A DNA stretch of 64,000 nt from NCBI GenBank assembly GCA_965201075.1, contig CBDAVP010000011.1, positions 62,001 to 126,000 of the forward strand. The letters run 5' to 3'. This DNA is from Isosphaeraceae bacterium (GTDB lineage Bacteria > Planctomycetota > Planctomycetia > Isosphaerales > Isosphaeraceae). Every line of letters begins with the position of its first letter. The first letter of the stretch is position 1. The position numbers and the translations under genes are program-made. This document shows positions 19,160-28,777 of the stretch, one piece after another. The notes under the pieces were generated by a model, which made no database searches, was not told the origin of the DNA, and worked only from the letters and a program-made list of their open reading frames with translations.

Positions 19160-20164
19160 CCGCATGTCAAGAACGCACGCGAACGCAGGTTCCGAAAATC
19201 GTTATGGCAAGATCCGATAATATGAAACGATAATTGGTTGTCGCAGGACATTGACAAACGGGGGGATGGCGGGATCGAAGCGGGGGGATGGCGGGCGTTG
19301 AGCGGCGTCCCGTCAAACTTCCATGCGAATCGTCCCCGAAGATTCGGGGGCGGACAACAAACCCGGGCGTATCACGGAATTAAATGTGGGCATAACACAC
19401 ATTTAATTAAGGGTAGGCTTGGAACTGGCGTCGAAGACGGGTCGCAACCTGCATTTAATATGCCGACCCGGATCAAAAAAGGACGGGGGGCGGGGTCGAC
19501 AGGACATACACATCATCCCCGAGCGTAACGCCATGAAGCCCGCGTTTTGACCGCATCTCGAAATTAGGGGTAACGCCCTAAGCCGTGTCGCAAAGGTTGA
19601 AGCCCCGTCTTTCGCCTAGACGCCATGCCCACGACCAAATGCGTCCCCGAAACTTCATGGGGGGTGGTTTCGCGGGGATCGCCCGGAACCCCGTATCGAT
19701 ACGTCAAACGCTCCACACGCCCCGCCACAACGCCCATGCCCCCTCGCTAGGGTTTCGACCCGGCACTCTCCCCAACATAGTTCCCACGCACGCGAAGTCT
19801 GACGAAATGGATTTTGGTTTTTTCGCGGGCGGGAAAGGGGTATGCCCCTTCATCACTGGGCGATCGTCGCACGCGAGCGGAACCCCCTGAAATCCGCACA
19901 AACTCCAGTTTCAGGAAACAGGCAGTGTCGCGACCCGGGGACATACCCCCGTCATCCCGCCAAACGCTCCACACGCCTCGCCATCGCGTCCGGGGGTAAA
20001 GCATGGGCAGTCGGGACATTGCGAAATTCGCAAGGCGTGGACGCCTTGCCAGGGGCTTCGCGTACCGCTATACCGGATTGGCGTACCGGATTGGGCGGTT
20101 CAATCCGGTACAAATCACTCGGGGCGAATGCGATCGGCTTGACGTAAGTCGTTGTCAGAGAACA

Positions 20165-20249
20165 TGCCGGCGGCGGGAGTCGAACCCGCACGAGGGTTGC
20201 CCCTCGAAGGATTTTAAGTCCTCTGCGTCTGCCATTCCGCCACGCCGGC
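20165..20249 (-). tRNA. tRNA-Leu (anticodon TAA)
   Basis: Reverse complement reads GCCGGCGTGGCGGAATGGCAGACGCAGAGGACTTAAAATCCTTCGAGGGGCAACCCTCGTGCGGGTTCGACTCCCGCCGCCGGCA; long variable arm. Confidence 0.97.
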
Positions 20250-20448
20250 CCCGATGGGGGGTTCGCCAGTGTAGCGAAACCTTGAAATCGCGGGAACGGT
20301 GCTTGATCGGCAAGTTCGCGGGCCTACTGGTTTTTCCGCCCCTTTCCCGAGTATCCTATTCGACTTGATCGACCGGGCTGAACCCGAGCCGCCCTGCTCG
20401 GGTCCGCTGGTCGTACCGACGCCTGTCGACGATCCGGAGGCCCTCCGC

Positions 20449-21654
20449 GTGTCCACCGTCGCGACCCCCAGTTCCGCCGAGACGATCGAGCAGTTCCGCC
20501 GCTACGTCATCCCCAATTACCGGCGCTATCCGGTCTGTCTCGTACGCGGCGAAGGGTCGAGGATCTGGGACGCCGAGGGGCGGGCCTATCTCGACTTCTT
20601 TCCCGGCTGGGGCTGCAACCTCCTGGGCCATTGCCCGCCGAGACTCGTCGAGGCCGTGCGCGAACAGCTTGGCCAACTCATTCACGTCCCCAACACCTGG
20701 TACATGGAAGCCCAGGGGGCGTTTGCCCAGGCCCTCTCGGAGCGGTCCTTCGGCGGCCAGGCGTTTTTCTGCAATAGCGGCGCTGAGGCGAACGAGGCGG
20801 CCATCAAGCTCGCCCGCCTTCACGGTCATGACTCTGGGCGGACCAAGATCGTCACAATGGAACATGGGTTCCACGGTCGTACCTACGCCGCCCTGACCGC
20901 CACCGCCCAGCCCAAGTATCACGAGGGCTGCGAGCCGATGCTCCCCGGCTTCTCCTATATCCCCTTCGATAACCTCGACGCCGCCTCCGCCGTGATTGAC
21001 GGGCAAACGGCCGCTGTCCTGGTCGAGCCGATTCAGGGGGAAGGGGGGATCAACATTCCCAGCCCTGGCTACCTCGCCGGCCTGCGAAGGCTCTGCGACG
21101 AGCGGGGGGCGTTGCTGATGTTCGACGAGGTGCAGACCGGCCTGGGGCGGACCGGGAAGTGGTTCGCCTACCAGCATTCTTCCATCGCGCCCGACGTCCT
21201 GACCTGCGCCAAGGCCCTGGCCGGCGGGGTAGCCGCGGGGGTGATGATGGCCCGGGCCGACGTCGCCGCCAGCCTCAAGCCGGGCAAGCACGCCAGCACG
21301 TTCGGCGGCAACCCGATCGCCTGCCGGGCTGGGCTCGCCGCCATCGAGACGATCGAGGAGGACGGCCTTCTGGAGCGGGGCCAGGCCCTGGGCGAGCGAT
21401 TCCGTCGTCATTTCGAGACGCTCCGCGCGGAACTCCCGGGCCTGATCCGGGAGATCCGCATTCTCGGCGTGATGATCGGCCTGGAACTGGCCCAGGACGC
21501 CTTGCCGGTCGTGGAAGCCTGCCTGGAACGGGGTCTCCTCATCAACGCCACCCACGGCAACGTCGTCCGCCTCCTGCCCGCCCTGAATTTACCCGATGAC
21601 CACGTCGACGAGGGGTGCGCCATTCTGGCCGAAGTCCTTCGGGACCTGGCCTGA
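20449..21654 (+). CDS. argD: Acetylornithine aminotransferase
   Basis: FCNSGAEANEAA, FHGRT, EPIQGEGG, DEVQTG, STFGGNP; upstream of argF; GTG start with GGAGG RBS. Confidence 0.92.
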   Translation: MSTVATPSSAETIEQFRRYVIPNYRRYPVCLVRGEGSRIWDAEGRAYLDFFPGWGCNLLGHCPPRLVEAVREQLGQLIHVPNTWYMEAQGAFAQALSERSFGGQAFFCNSGAEANEAAIKLARLHGHDSGRTKIVTMEHGFHGRTYAALTATAQPKYHEGCEPMLPGFSYIPFDNLDAASAVIDGQTAAVLVEPIQGEGGINIPSPGYLAGLRRLCDERGALLMFDEVQTGLGRTGKWFAYQHSSIAPDVLTCAKALAGGVAAGVMMARADVAASLKPGKHASTFGGNPIACRAGLAAIETIEEDGLLERGQALGERFRRHFETLRAELPGLIREIRILGVMIGLELAQDALPVVEACLERGLLINATHGNVVRLLPALNLPDDHVDEGCAILAEVLRDLA

Positions 21655-21741
21655 ACCTTGGGATCGGGTTTGGCGTCTGGAACGCTTTCGCCACCCGGCC
21701 TCCGTGTCTCAACGCCGGCCCGTTCGCCTTGGAACCTCGCG

Positions 21742-22656
21742 ATGCCCCGCCACTTCGTCGACCTCTTCGACACGACCCCGGCCGAGGCCGGTTCACTCCT
21801 GGACCTGGCCATCGAGTTGAAGCGGCGGGGCCGACATCCGGCCGGTCCGCCCCCACTCGCCGGACGCACCCTCGGCATGGTCTTCGAAAAGCCGTCGATG
21901 CGGACTCGCGTCAGTTTCGAGGCGGCCATTGCCCAGCTCGGGGGCGTGGCGATCTTCCTCAGGGGCGAGGACGTCGGCCTGGGCGTCCGCGAGAGCGTGG
22001 CCGACTTCGCCCGGGTCGTCAGCCAGTATGTCGATGCCTTCGCCGTTCGCACCTTCTCCCACGCCACGGTCGAGGAGCTGGCCCGTCACGCGACAATCCC
22101 CGTAATGAACGCCCTGTCCGACGACGCCCACCCCTGCCAGGCGATGGCCGACCTGCTGACGATTCGCGAGGAACTCGGCCGGCTGGAGGGCGTCCGCCTG
22201 GTCTTCGTGGGGGACGGCAACAACGTCGCCCGCTCCCTGGCCGTGGCCTCGGCCCTGATGGGTCTGGATTTTGTCCTGGCCTGTCCGGAAGGCTACGCGT
22301 TCCCCGACGACTTTGCCGCCCGATTCGCCGCCGCGTTCCCCCATCTCCGGCTGGCCGTCGACCACAACCCCCGCCACGCCGTCGAGGGGGCCGAGGTTGT
22401 CTACACCGACGTCTGGGCCAGCATGGGCCAGGAAGCCGAGGCCGCGGCCCGCCGCCTGGCCTTCGAGCCGTTCCGTGTGGACGCCGCGCTCATGGTCCAC
22501 GCACGCCCCGGGGCGATCTTCCTTCACTGCCTGCCGGCGCACCGGGGCGAGGAAGTGACCGCCGAGGTACTCGACGGGCCCCAAAGCCGCATCGTGCCCG
22601 AGGCCGCCAACCGCCTGCATTTTCAAAAAGCCCTGCTTCTCTGGCTCCTACGCTGA
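21742..22656 (+). CDS. argF: Ornithine carbamoyltransferase
   Basis: FEKPSMRTR, HPCQ, DVWASMG, HCLPAHRGEE. Confidence 0.95.
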   Translation: MPRHFVDLFDTTPAEAGSLLDLAIELKRRGRHPAGPPPLAGRTLGMVFEKPSMRTRVSFEAAIAQLGGVAIFLRGEDVGLGVRESVADFARVVSQYVDAFAVRTFSHATVEELARHATIPVMNALSDDAHPCQAMADLLTIREELGRLEGVRLVFVGDGNNVARSLAVASALMGLDFVLACPEGYAFPDDFAARFAAAFPHLRLAVDHNPRHAVEGAEVVYTDVWASMGQEAEAAARRLAFEPFRVDAALMVHARPGAIFLHCLPAHRGEEVTAEVLDGPQSRIVPEAANRLHFQKALLLWLLR

Positions 22657-22665
22657 AGGATTGGC

Positions 22666-23367
22666 ATGACCCGCCACGACGGCCGAGCCCCCGACGAACT
22701 GCGACCCGTGACGATCCAGCGGGGATTTCTCCGGCCCAGTCCCGGCAGCGTCCTTTACCGTGCCGGGGCCACGACCGTTCTGGTTTCCGCCCATCTCACC
22801 GACAAGGTCCCGCCGTTCCTGGAAGGGAAGGGGGTCGGCTGGCTGACGGCCGAGTACGCGATGCTGCCCGGGAGCACCCCGACCCGCAAATCGCGAGGGC
22901 CCGACGGGCGGTCCACCGAGATTCAGCGTTTGATTGGACGGAGCCTTCGCGCGGCCGTTGACACTCGCGCCCTCGGGCCCCGAACCTTGCACGTGGATGC
23001 CGACGTTTTAGAAGCCGACGGGGGGACGCGCACGGCGGCCATCACCGCCGCGTGGGTCGCCGTCGCCGATGCCCTTCACGGACGCCTTGGCCCCGAACTC
23101 GCCGCGACCGTCCTTCGGGAGCGCGTCGCGGCGGTCAGTGTTGGCGTCGTCGAGGGACGACCCATGCTCGACCTGGACTATGTCGAGGACTCCCGCGCCG
23201 AGGTTGACCTGAACGTCGTTCGCCTCGCCTCGGGGGGATTCGTCGAGGTCCAGGGAACCGGCGAGGGGGGGACGTTCTCCCGGGATCAGCTGGATGAACT
23301 GCTCGACCTGGCCAACCACGGGATCGACCGCCTGCTCGCCCTCCAGCAGTCGAGCCGACGGTCCTGA
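22666..23367 (+). CDS. rph: Ribonuclease PH
   Basis: GWLTAEYAMLP, EIQRLIGRSLR, ADGGTRTA, DLDYVEDS, EVQGTGE. Confidence 0.96.
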   Translation: MTRHDGRAPDELRPVTIQRGFLRPSPGSVLYRAGATTVLVSAHLTDKVPPFLEGKGVGWLTAEYAMLPGSTPTRKSRGPDGRSTEIQRLIGRSLRAAVDTRALGPRTLHVDADVLEADGGTRTAAITAAWVAVADALHGRLGPELAATVLRERVAAVSVGVVEGRPMLDLDYVEDSRAEVDLNVVRLASGGFVEVQGTGEGGTFSRDQLDELLDLANHGIDRLLALQQSSRRS

Positions 23368-23595
23368 TATTTGACTCCGGGGACGGCCGCCAATCTCGCA
23401 TTCCGCCTCTCAGGGAGTTTTGCTAAAGTCCGGCCCGAACGACGCCGGCCCGCGCCTTTCCCGCCCCCGCACCCTTGGACACCGCCGGGCGTCCCCCGAT
23501 GGCGTGAGCCATCGCGGTGGGTCCACACAGCCGAGGCCCTGGACCTTCGCCGTCCCGCGGCCTCGTGACTTCGTTGAGCAATGGGGGGATCGACC

Positions 23596-24786
23596 ATGAG
23601 AAAACCCAACCCGGCCACCTCGGCCTTGACCGTCGCGCTTTTGGCCTCGGGGTCGGCCCTGGCCCAGGCCCCCACGCCTCGCGGCGCCGTTGCCCCGGCA
23701 TCGGCACCTAGCGCCAGCGCTTCGGCCGACGAAGACGCCCCGAAAGTTTATGGCAATGGCGCCGAGTTGCCGGCTCCCGCCGACCCCAACCAGACGCCCC
23801 AGGCCAAGGTCGTCTTGCCAACCGGTCCGATCGAACCCTACCTGCTCACCAAGGCCAACGGCCCCTTCATGGTGCTGGCCCACACCTTCCGGGGCCCCGA
23901 GGCTCCTCGGGTGGCGATGGCCCTGACCCAGGAACTCCGCGACAAGTTCCACCTGCCCGCCTACATCTGGTACATGAAGGTCCAGCCTGGCCGCAGCAAC
24001 ATCCGCGGCGTCCCCCCCACAGCCGACAACCATCTCGTCGGCGCCGAGAAGGCGATCGCCCACCCCCGTAACTTCGACGAGGCCGCCGTCCTGGTCGGTG
24101 ACTGCAAGTCGTTGGAAGAATCCTTGAAGCTTCTTCACGATGTCAAGAAGCTCCACCCGGTCACCCTCGACGGCGTCCCCCACATCCTCGACATCCGCAA
24201 GGGGAAGGGGCTGAGCCGGGCGATGATGACGACCAACCCGATGCGGGCGGGCCAGGAACTTTATCCGGGCAAGGCCGCCTTTGACCCCTCGGTGGCGATC
24301 GCCAACTTCCAGGGAGCCCCCCGGGCCGTCGACCCCTTATTGAAGAAGATGAATGACGGTCCCCACAGCGTGCTGGCTTGCCCCGGTCCCTACACCCTGG
24401 TGGTGGCGGATTACTCCGGCGACAGCGTCCCAGTCGTGGGCGACCCGAACCTTCTCCCCTCGCAGGTCACCCGGGGCCAGAACCGCCTGGTCAAGGCCGC
24501 CGAGAATGCCGAGGCGATCGTGAACGCCCTGGCCAAGGACGACACCCTGAAGAAAACCGGCTACAAGGCGTATGTCTTCCACGACCGGAGTTCCAGCAAG
24601 GTCACGCTCGGAGCCTTCCAGTCCCCCGACGACCCCAAGGCCCGCGAGCTGACCCGCGTCGTGGTGGAGCAGATGAAGGGGATGGTCAAGACCAAGGGCG
24701 TCGGGACCCGGGGCAACCCTCGGCCCAACGACGACATCTTCTTCCTGGCCCCCAATCCCACCTTGCTGGCCGTCCCCGCCCACTGA
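23596..24786 (+). CDS. Secreted hypothetical protein
   Basis: Signal peptide (SALA-QA); host-like codon usage. Confidence 0.8.
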   Translation: MRKPNPATSALTVALLASGSALAQAPTPRGAVAPASAPSASASADEDAPKVYGNGAELPAPADPNQTPQAKVVLPTGPIEPYLLTKANGPFMVLAHTFRGPEAPRVAMALTQELRDKFHLPAYIWYMKVQPGRSNIRGVPPTADNHLVGAEKAIAHPRNFDEAAVLVGDCKSLEESLKLLHDVKKLHPVTLDGVPHILDIRKGKGLSRAMMTTNPMRAGQELYPGKAAFDPSVAIANFQGAPRAVDPLLKKMNDGPHSVLACPGPYTLVVADYSGDSVPVVGDPNLLPSQVTRGQNRLVKAAENAEAIVNALAKDDTLKKTGYKAYVFHDRSSSKVTLGAFQSPDDPKARELTRVVVEQMKGMVKTKGVGTRGNPRPNDDIFFLAPNPTLLAVPAH

Positions 24787-24856
24787 TTTTCCCTCCGGGC
24801 CCGCGGGGGCGAGGCCCGACCGCCTCGCCCCTCCCTTCCTGTTTCGAGTTGGCTTC

Positions 24857-25543
24857 ATGAGCGAATCCCTCCCCGGCCCGATCCCCTTCATCCTCGCCAC
24901 CCGCAACCGCAAGAAGGGGGCGGAGATGGTCCGCTTGATCGCCCCTCCCTGGGAGGCCGGGCCGCTCCACGAGCGCCTCGACGTCAAGACCCTGGACGGC
25001 TACCCTGACTTGCCCGAGACGGTCGAGGACGCCGACACCTTCGCCGGTAATGCCCGTAAAAAGGCCGCCGAGGCCGCCCTCGCCCTGGGACAGTGGGTCC
25101 TCGCCGACGACTCCGGACTCGCCGTTGACGCTCTCGATGGCGCTCCGGGGGTCGTCTCGGCCAGGTATTCCGGAGTTCACGGCGACGACGCGGCCAACAA
25201 CCGCAAGCTCCTCGGGGCCCTGTCCGCGGTCCCCGACGACCGCCGGGGCGCCGCGTTTCTCTGCGCCCTGGCCGTCGCCGACCCCTCGGGCGCGATTGTT
25301 CTGGAGGCCGAGGGCTCTTGCCGGGGCCGAATCGTCCGTGAAGCCGTCGGACCCGGGGGCTTTGGCTATGATCCTTTGTTTTTGATCCCCGAATACCACC
25401 AAACGTTTGGCCAGCTCAGCTCGCTCGTCAAGCATCAGTTGAGCCATCGGTCCCGGGCGTTCGCTCGGCTGCGGCCAGGCTTGGAGCGGCTGCTGCGGAA
25501 ACCGTTCGACCGGGCCTCGGGCGGCTCGGCGGGTGCGTCGTGA
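24857..25543 (+). CDS. rdgB: Non-canonical purine NTP pyrophosphatase (HAM1)
   Basis: ATRNRKK, ADDSGL.VDAL.GAPGV.SARY, GFGYDPLF, SHRSRA. Confidence 0.95.
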   Translation: MSESLPGPIPFILATRNRKKGAEMVRLIAPPWEAGPLHERLDVKTLDGYPDLPETVEDADTFAGNARKKAAEAALALGQWVLADDSGLAVDALDGAPGVVSARYSGVHGDDAANNRKLLGALSAVPDDRRGAAFLCALAVADPSGAIVLEAEGSCRGRIVREAVGPGGFGYDPLFLIPEYHQTFGQLSSLVKHQLSHRSRAFARLRPGLERLLRKPFDRASGGSAGAS

Positions 25544-25980
25544 AGGCCCAGGCAGTGGCCATCCTGTTGGGCGGCGTGGCCCCGGCGTTTCTGTTCGCCG
25601 GCTCGTCCACCTTGCAAAAGGTCGCCGCGAGGACGGGGATCGGCACCGGCCCGTCCCTGGCGGTCACTGGACTGGCGATCGTGGCGTGCGGAGGAGTCGT
25701 GACCCTGATGGAACGGGATGCGGGCCTGGGACGGGGCGGGTGGGTACCGGCGTTGGGATTTGGACTGTTCTGGGGAGCGGGCGTCGCCTGTATCTCGATC
25801 GCGATGGCAAGGTTCGGCGGCCGTCTCAGTCAACTGGTCCCGCTCTACAATATGAACACGCTGGTGGCCGTCGCCATTGGCCTGGTCGCCTTCTCGGAGT
25901 ACCAAACGCTGAATTGGGGCAGGGCCATGGCCGCGGCGATCCTGATCGTCGCCGGTGGCATCCTTGCGGCGACAGCCTGA
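25540..25980 (+). CDS. Small multi-pass membrane protein (EamA/DMT-like)
   Basis: About five hydrophobic segments; GTGA overlap with rdgB. Confidence 0.75.
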   Translation: MKAQAVAILLGGVAPAFLFAGSSTLQKVAARTGIGTGPSLAVTGLAIVACGGVVTLMERDAGLGRGGWVPALGFGLFWGAGVACISIAMARFGGRLSQLVPLYNMNTLVAVAIGLVAFSEYQTLNWGRAMAAAILIVAGGILAATA

Positions 25981-25992
25981 GCCACCAACGAA

Positions 25993-26022
25993 GACGCCCC
26001 CCGGGGTGAACCGGGGGGCGTC
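25993..26022. terminator. Hairpin between convergent genes (likely terminator)
   Basis: 12-bp perfect stem GACGCCCCCCGG-ggtgaa-CCGGGGGGCGTC. Confidence 0.75.
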
Positions 26023-26081
26023 ATTCCAGCCTCGTCGCCGATGGGTCGTCGTCGACCGGCCGCCTCAAAGGTGTTTCGAAA

Positions 26082-28352
26082 TCAACGTCGGAAGATCCGT
26101 CCTAGCAGGCAGTGCTTCGCCGCGACGCAGTCGCCGCATGCCGGGATGGTGGTCGTGCAGGTCTCGCCGCACTGGGGAGCGTTCAATACGCTTTCCTGAA
26201 GGCAGGGCTGCGGCACCGGGTCCGGCACGAAGACCGGCACCTGGACGCAGACCTCGACGGGCACCTGCTTGCAAATGGTGCGGGGGACGCAGATCGTCTT
26301 GGTCTCGGACACCTGGCGGGTTACGCTCACCGGGACGCAAATCGTCCGAACGACCGGCACCTGCTTGCAAACGGTGTAGGGGACCGACCGGACACATTCG
26401 ACCGTTTGGGTTTCGCAGATCGTCTGCGGGACCTGCTTGACGCATTCCTGGGGGACCATCTCGCAAACCGTCTGCGGAACTTGCTTGGTGCAGACCTCGC
26501 TGACCATCCGGCAAGTCGTGACCGGGACCTGCTTCGAGCAAACCTCGCTGACCATCCGGCAGGTCGTGACCGGCACCTGCTTGATCCGCTGCTCACGGAC
26601 GATCCGGCAGGTCGAGACCGGAATTTGCTTGACCTTCTGCTCCCGAACGACTCGCGTCACGGTGCAGGGGACCTGCTTGAACGACGACTCCTTGACCATC
26701 CTTGTCACGGTGCAAGGGACCTGGTTGACAACCTTTTCCGGCACGTTGATGGTGACCGTGTAGGGCACCTTGCGGCAGACCGTCCGGGGAACCATCACTG
26801 TCACGGTGGTGGGCACCTGGCGGACGCACGTCTTGGGGACCGTCGAGCAGACCGTCTCGTACACGACCTTGGTGCAGGTCTCCTGGATCGTCCGGCAGGT
26901 CTCGATGGGAACCTGCTTGACGCATTCCTGAGCGACCATCTCGCAAATTGTTTGCGGGACTTGCTTGGTGCATACCTCGCTGACCATCCGGCAGGTCGTC
27001 ACGGGCACCTGCTTGACGCACTCCGTGACCACGTTGCGGCAGACCGTGTAGGGGACTTGCTTGGTCACGCAGTACGGAATCTGCTTGCAAACGGTAACCG
27101 GAATTTGCTTGCGCACGACCTGCCGCTCGTAAACGGTCTCACAAACCGTCTCGCAAACGGTCCGGGGGCACCAGACCTGGCAAACGACCCGGGTCGGAGG
27201 CGCCTGGACGACGCAGCCATTGACGCAGTAGGTCTTGCCCGGTTGGCAGGTCGTTCGCGAGACCCACTCGCCACACTCGCGAGCCACGACCTTGGAAACC
27301 GTGCGGGGGACGCAGATGGTCTCGCAAGTTTCCTGGCAGGCGGTCTCGGTCACGGTGCGATAGCAGGTCTCGGTGACGTTGCGGTAGCAGGTTTCCTGCA
27401 TGGGCCGGCTGACCGTGTACCGGCAGTCCTGCATGTGCGTCTCGTGGACCGGCCGGCAGACCGTGTACGAGCAGGTCTTCCACACCGTCCGCTGAACGGG
27501 CGTCCGTACCGTGTAGCGGCAGACCTTGTACGAGGTCTCGCGGACCTGCCGGTTCACCGTGTAAGGCACAGTGCGGGGGACGCACTGACGAACCTGCTGC
27601 ATCACCGTGTACTGCTGAGGCTGACAGACGACCTTTTGGACGGCCTCGGTGGTGGTTTCGGCCACGGCCTTGTAGCAGGTCTTCTCGACCGGCCGATTGA
27701 CCGTTGAGCAAACCGTTTTCATCACCGTTTCCTGCACGGGCCGGCATACCGTATAGGGGATCGTCTTCATGACGGTCTCCTGCACCGGCCGGCAGACCGA
27801 GTACACGCACGACTTGTAGCTGGTCTCACGCACCGGCACGCAGACCGTGTAGGCGTGAGAGGTCATGGTCGTCTCGCGCACTGGGCGGGAGACCGTGTAC
27901 GAACGCGTCTCGAAATGTGTCTCGCGCACCGGTCGGTTGACCGTGTACGAGCAAGACTTCCAGACCGTCCGCGAGACCGGCCGCTGGACCGTGTACCGGC
28001 ATTCGCGGTAAACCGTCCGGTAGCACGGCTTCTGGATCGTGTACGGTTCTTGCCGGTAGCAAGTTTCGGAGACCGACTGCATCTCGGTCACTTGCCGCGA
28101 CTGCATCACCGTTTCGCAAACGTCGCGCAGGGTGGTGACCTGCTGCGACTCATATATGGTTTCTTGCACCGGGCGGAGGATAACCTGCCGCTGGTTACGA
28201 TACTCCACGTGCCCGCAAGGATCGCCCTGGGGGGACGGGAGACACTGGGCCGAGGCCGCCCCGGCGTAGCTGCCGGCCTCGGATGGGCGATCGGCCCACC
28301 CTCCGGCCCCGAAGACCAGGGCCATCAGGGTCACCGACAGAAGTTTACGCAT
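26082..28352 (-). CDS. Secreted Cys/Val/Thr-rich YTV-repeat protein (planctomycete cell-envelope type)
   Basis: Signal peptide MRKLLSVTLMALVF; 16-aa repeats YTV.RPV.ET and KQVPVTTCRMV. Confidence 0.88.
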   Translation of the reverse strand: MRKLLSVTLMALVFGAGGWADRPSEAGSYAGAASAQCLPSPQGDPCGHVEYRNQRQVILRPVQETIYESQQVTTLRDVCETVMQSRQVTEMQSVSETCYRQEPYTIQKPCYRTVYRECRYTVQRPVSRTVWKSCSYTVNRPVRETHFETRSYTVSRPVRETTMTSHAYTVCVPVRETSYKSCVYSVCRPVQETVMKTIPYTVCRPVQETVMKTVCSTVNRPVEKTCYKAVAETTTEAVQKVVCQPQQYTVMQQVRQCVPRTVPYTVNRQVRETSYKVCRYTVRTPVQRTVWKTCSYTVCRPVHETHMQDCRYTVSRPMQETCYRNVTETCYRTVTETACQETCETICVPRTVSKVVARECGEWVSRTTCQPGKTYCVNGCVVQAPPTRVVCQVWCPRTVCETVCETVYERQVVRKQIPVTVCKQIPYCVTKQVPYTVCRNVVTECVKQVPVTTCRMVSEVCTKQVPQTICEMVAQECVKQVPIETCRTIQETCTKVVYETVCSTVPKTCVRQVPTTVTVMVPRTVCRKVPYTVTINVPEKVVNQVPCTVTRMVKESSFKQVPCTVTRVVREQKVKQIPVSTCRIVREQRIKQVPVTTCRMVSEVCSKQVPVTTCRMVSEVCTKQVPQTVCEMVPQECVKQVPQTICETQTVECVRSVPYTVCKQVPVVRTICVPVSVTRQVSETKTICVPRTICKQVPVEVCVQVPVFVPDPVPQPCLQESVLNAPQCGETCTTTIPACGDCVAAKHCLLGRIFRR

Positions 28353-28777
28353 GGTCAGACGCTCCACGACAACTCGGCCGACCGCCTCCGCGGATCCTCC
28401 GCCTCGCTCTCCGGCGCGGGCTCTCCCTAACGTCTGCAGGGGCATCGGCGTACCCGCCTCACGAACTCCAGCGTCTTTCCCAAATTTCTCAGAACCCCTG
28501 AAGTGGTCAACCGTAAGGTTTGCCCTAGAGGTCCAAACCTTATAAGACCACCCAGATTAATCGGTCGGGTCCGAAGGGTTTTCGCTATCGGCCCTGCACG
28601 AAAGACCCGTACAGACCGGGATTTCGGCCGGGTCGGGGCGAACCCTTTGAGGGCGGAACGCGTCCTGGCGGGCGGACGAACCGCTTGAGGTTGGCGGTCC
28701 GAGGCGCGGCGCGATAGGGTGTCGGTCGCCGGGAGTCGACGAGTCGGGCCTGCCGCCAGGTCCAGGGAGAGTCAGTC

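Larger units (their letters stand above)
13646..20220. mobile_element. 6.5-kb integrative element (satellite/PICI-like or integrated plasmid) in tRNA-Leu(TAA)
   Basis: Flanking 56-bp tRNA repeats, integrase, excisionase-like HTH, prim-pol/helicase; visibly more AT-rich and TACG/GTAC-rich than the flanks. Confidence 0.93.

Noticed and set aside
19385..19412. dif/Xer site (TGTGGGCATAA-CACACA-TTTAATTAAGG)
   Set aside because: The left arm resembles the E. coli XerC arm, but the normally better-conserved XerD arm matches only 6/11; not supportable without the host dif sequence
26112..27707. 531-aa plus-strand ORF and other long overlapping ORFs
   Set aside because: Antisense shadow of the repetitive YTV gene; similar shadows (e.g. 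15705-16799, 57609-59303, 60549-61796) are expected in high-GC DNA
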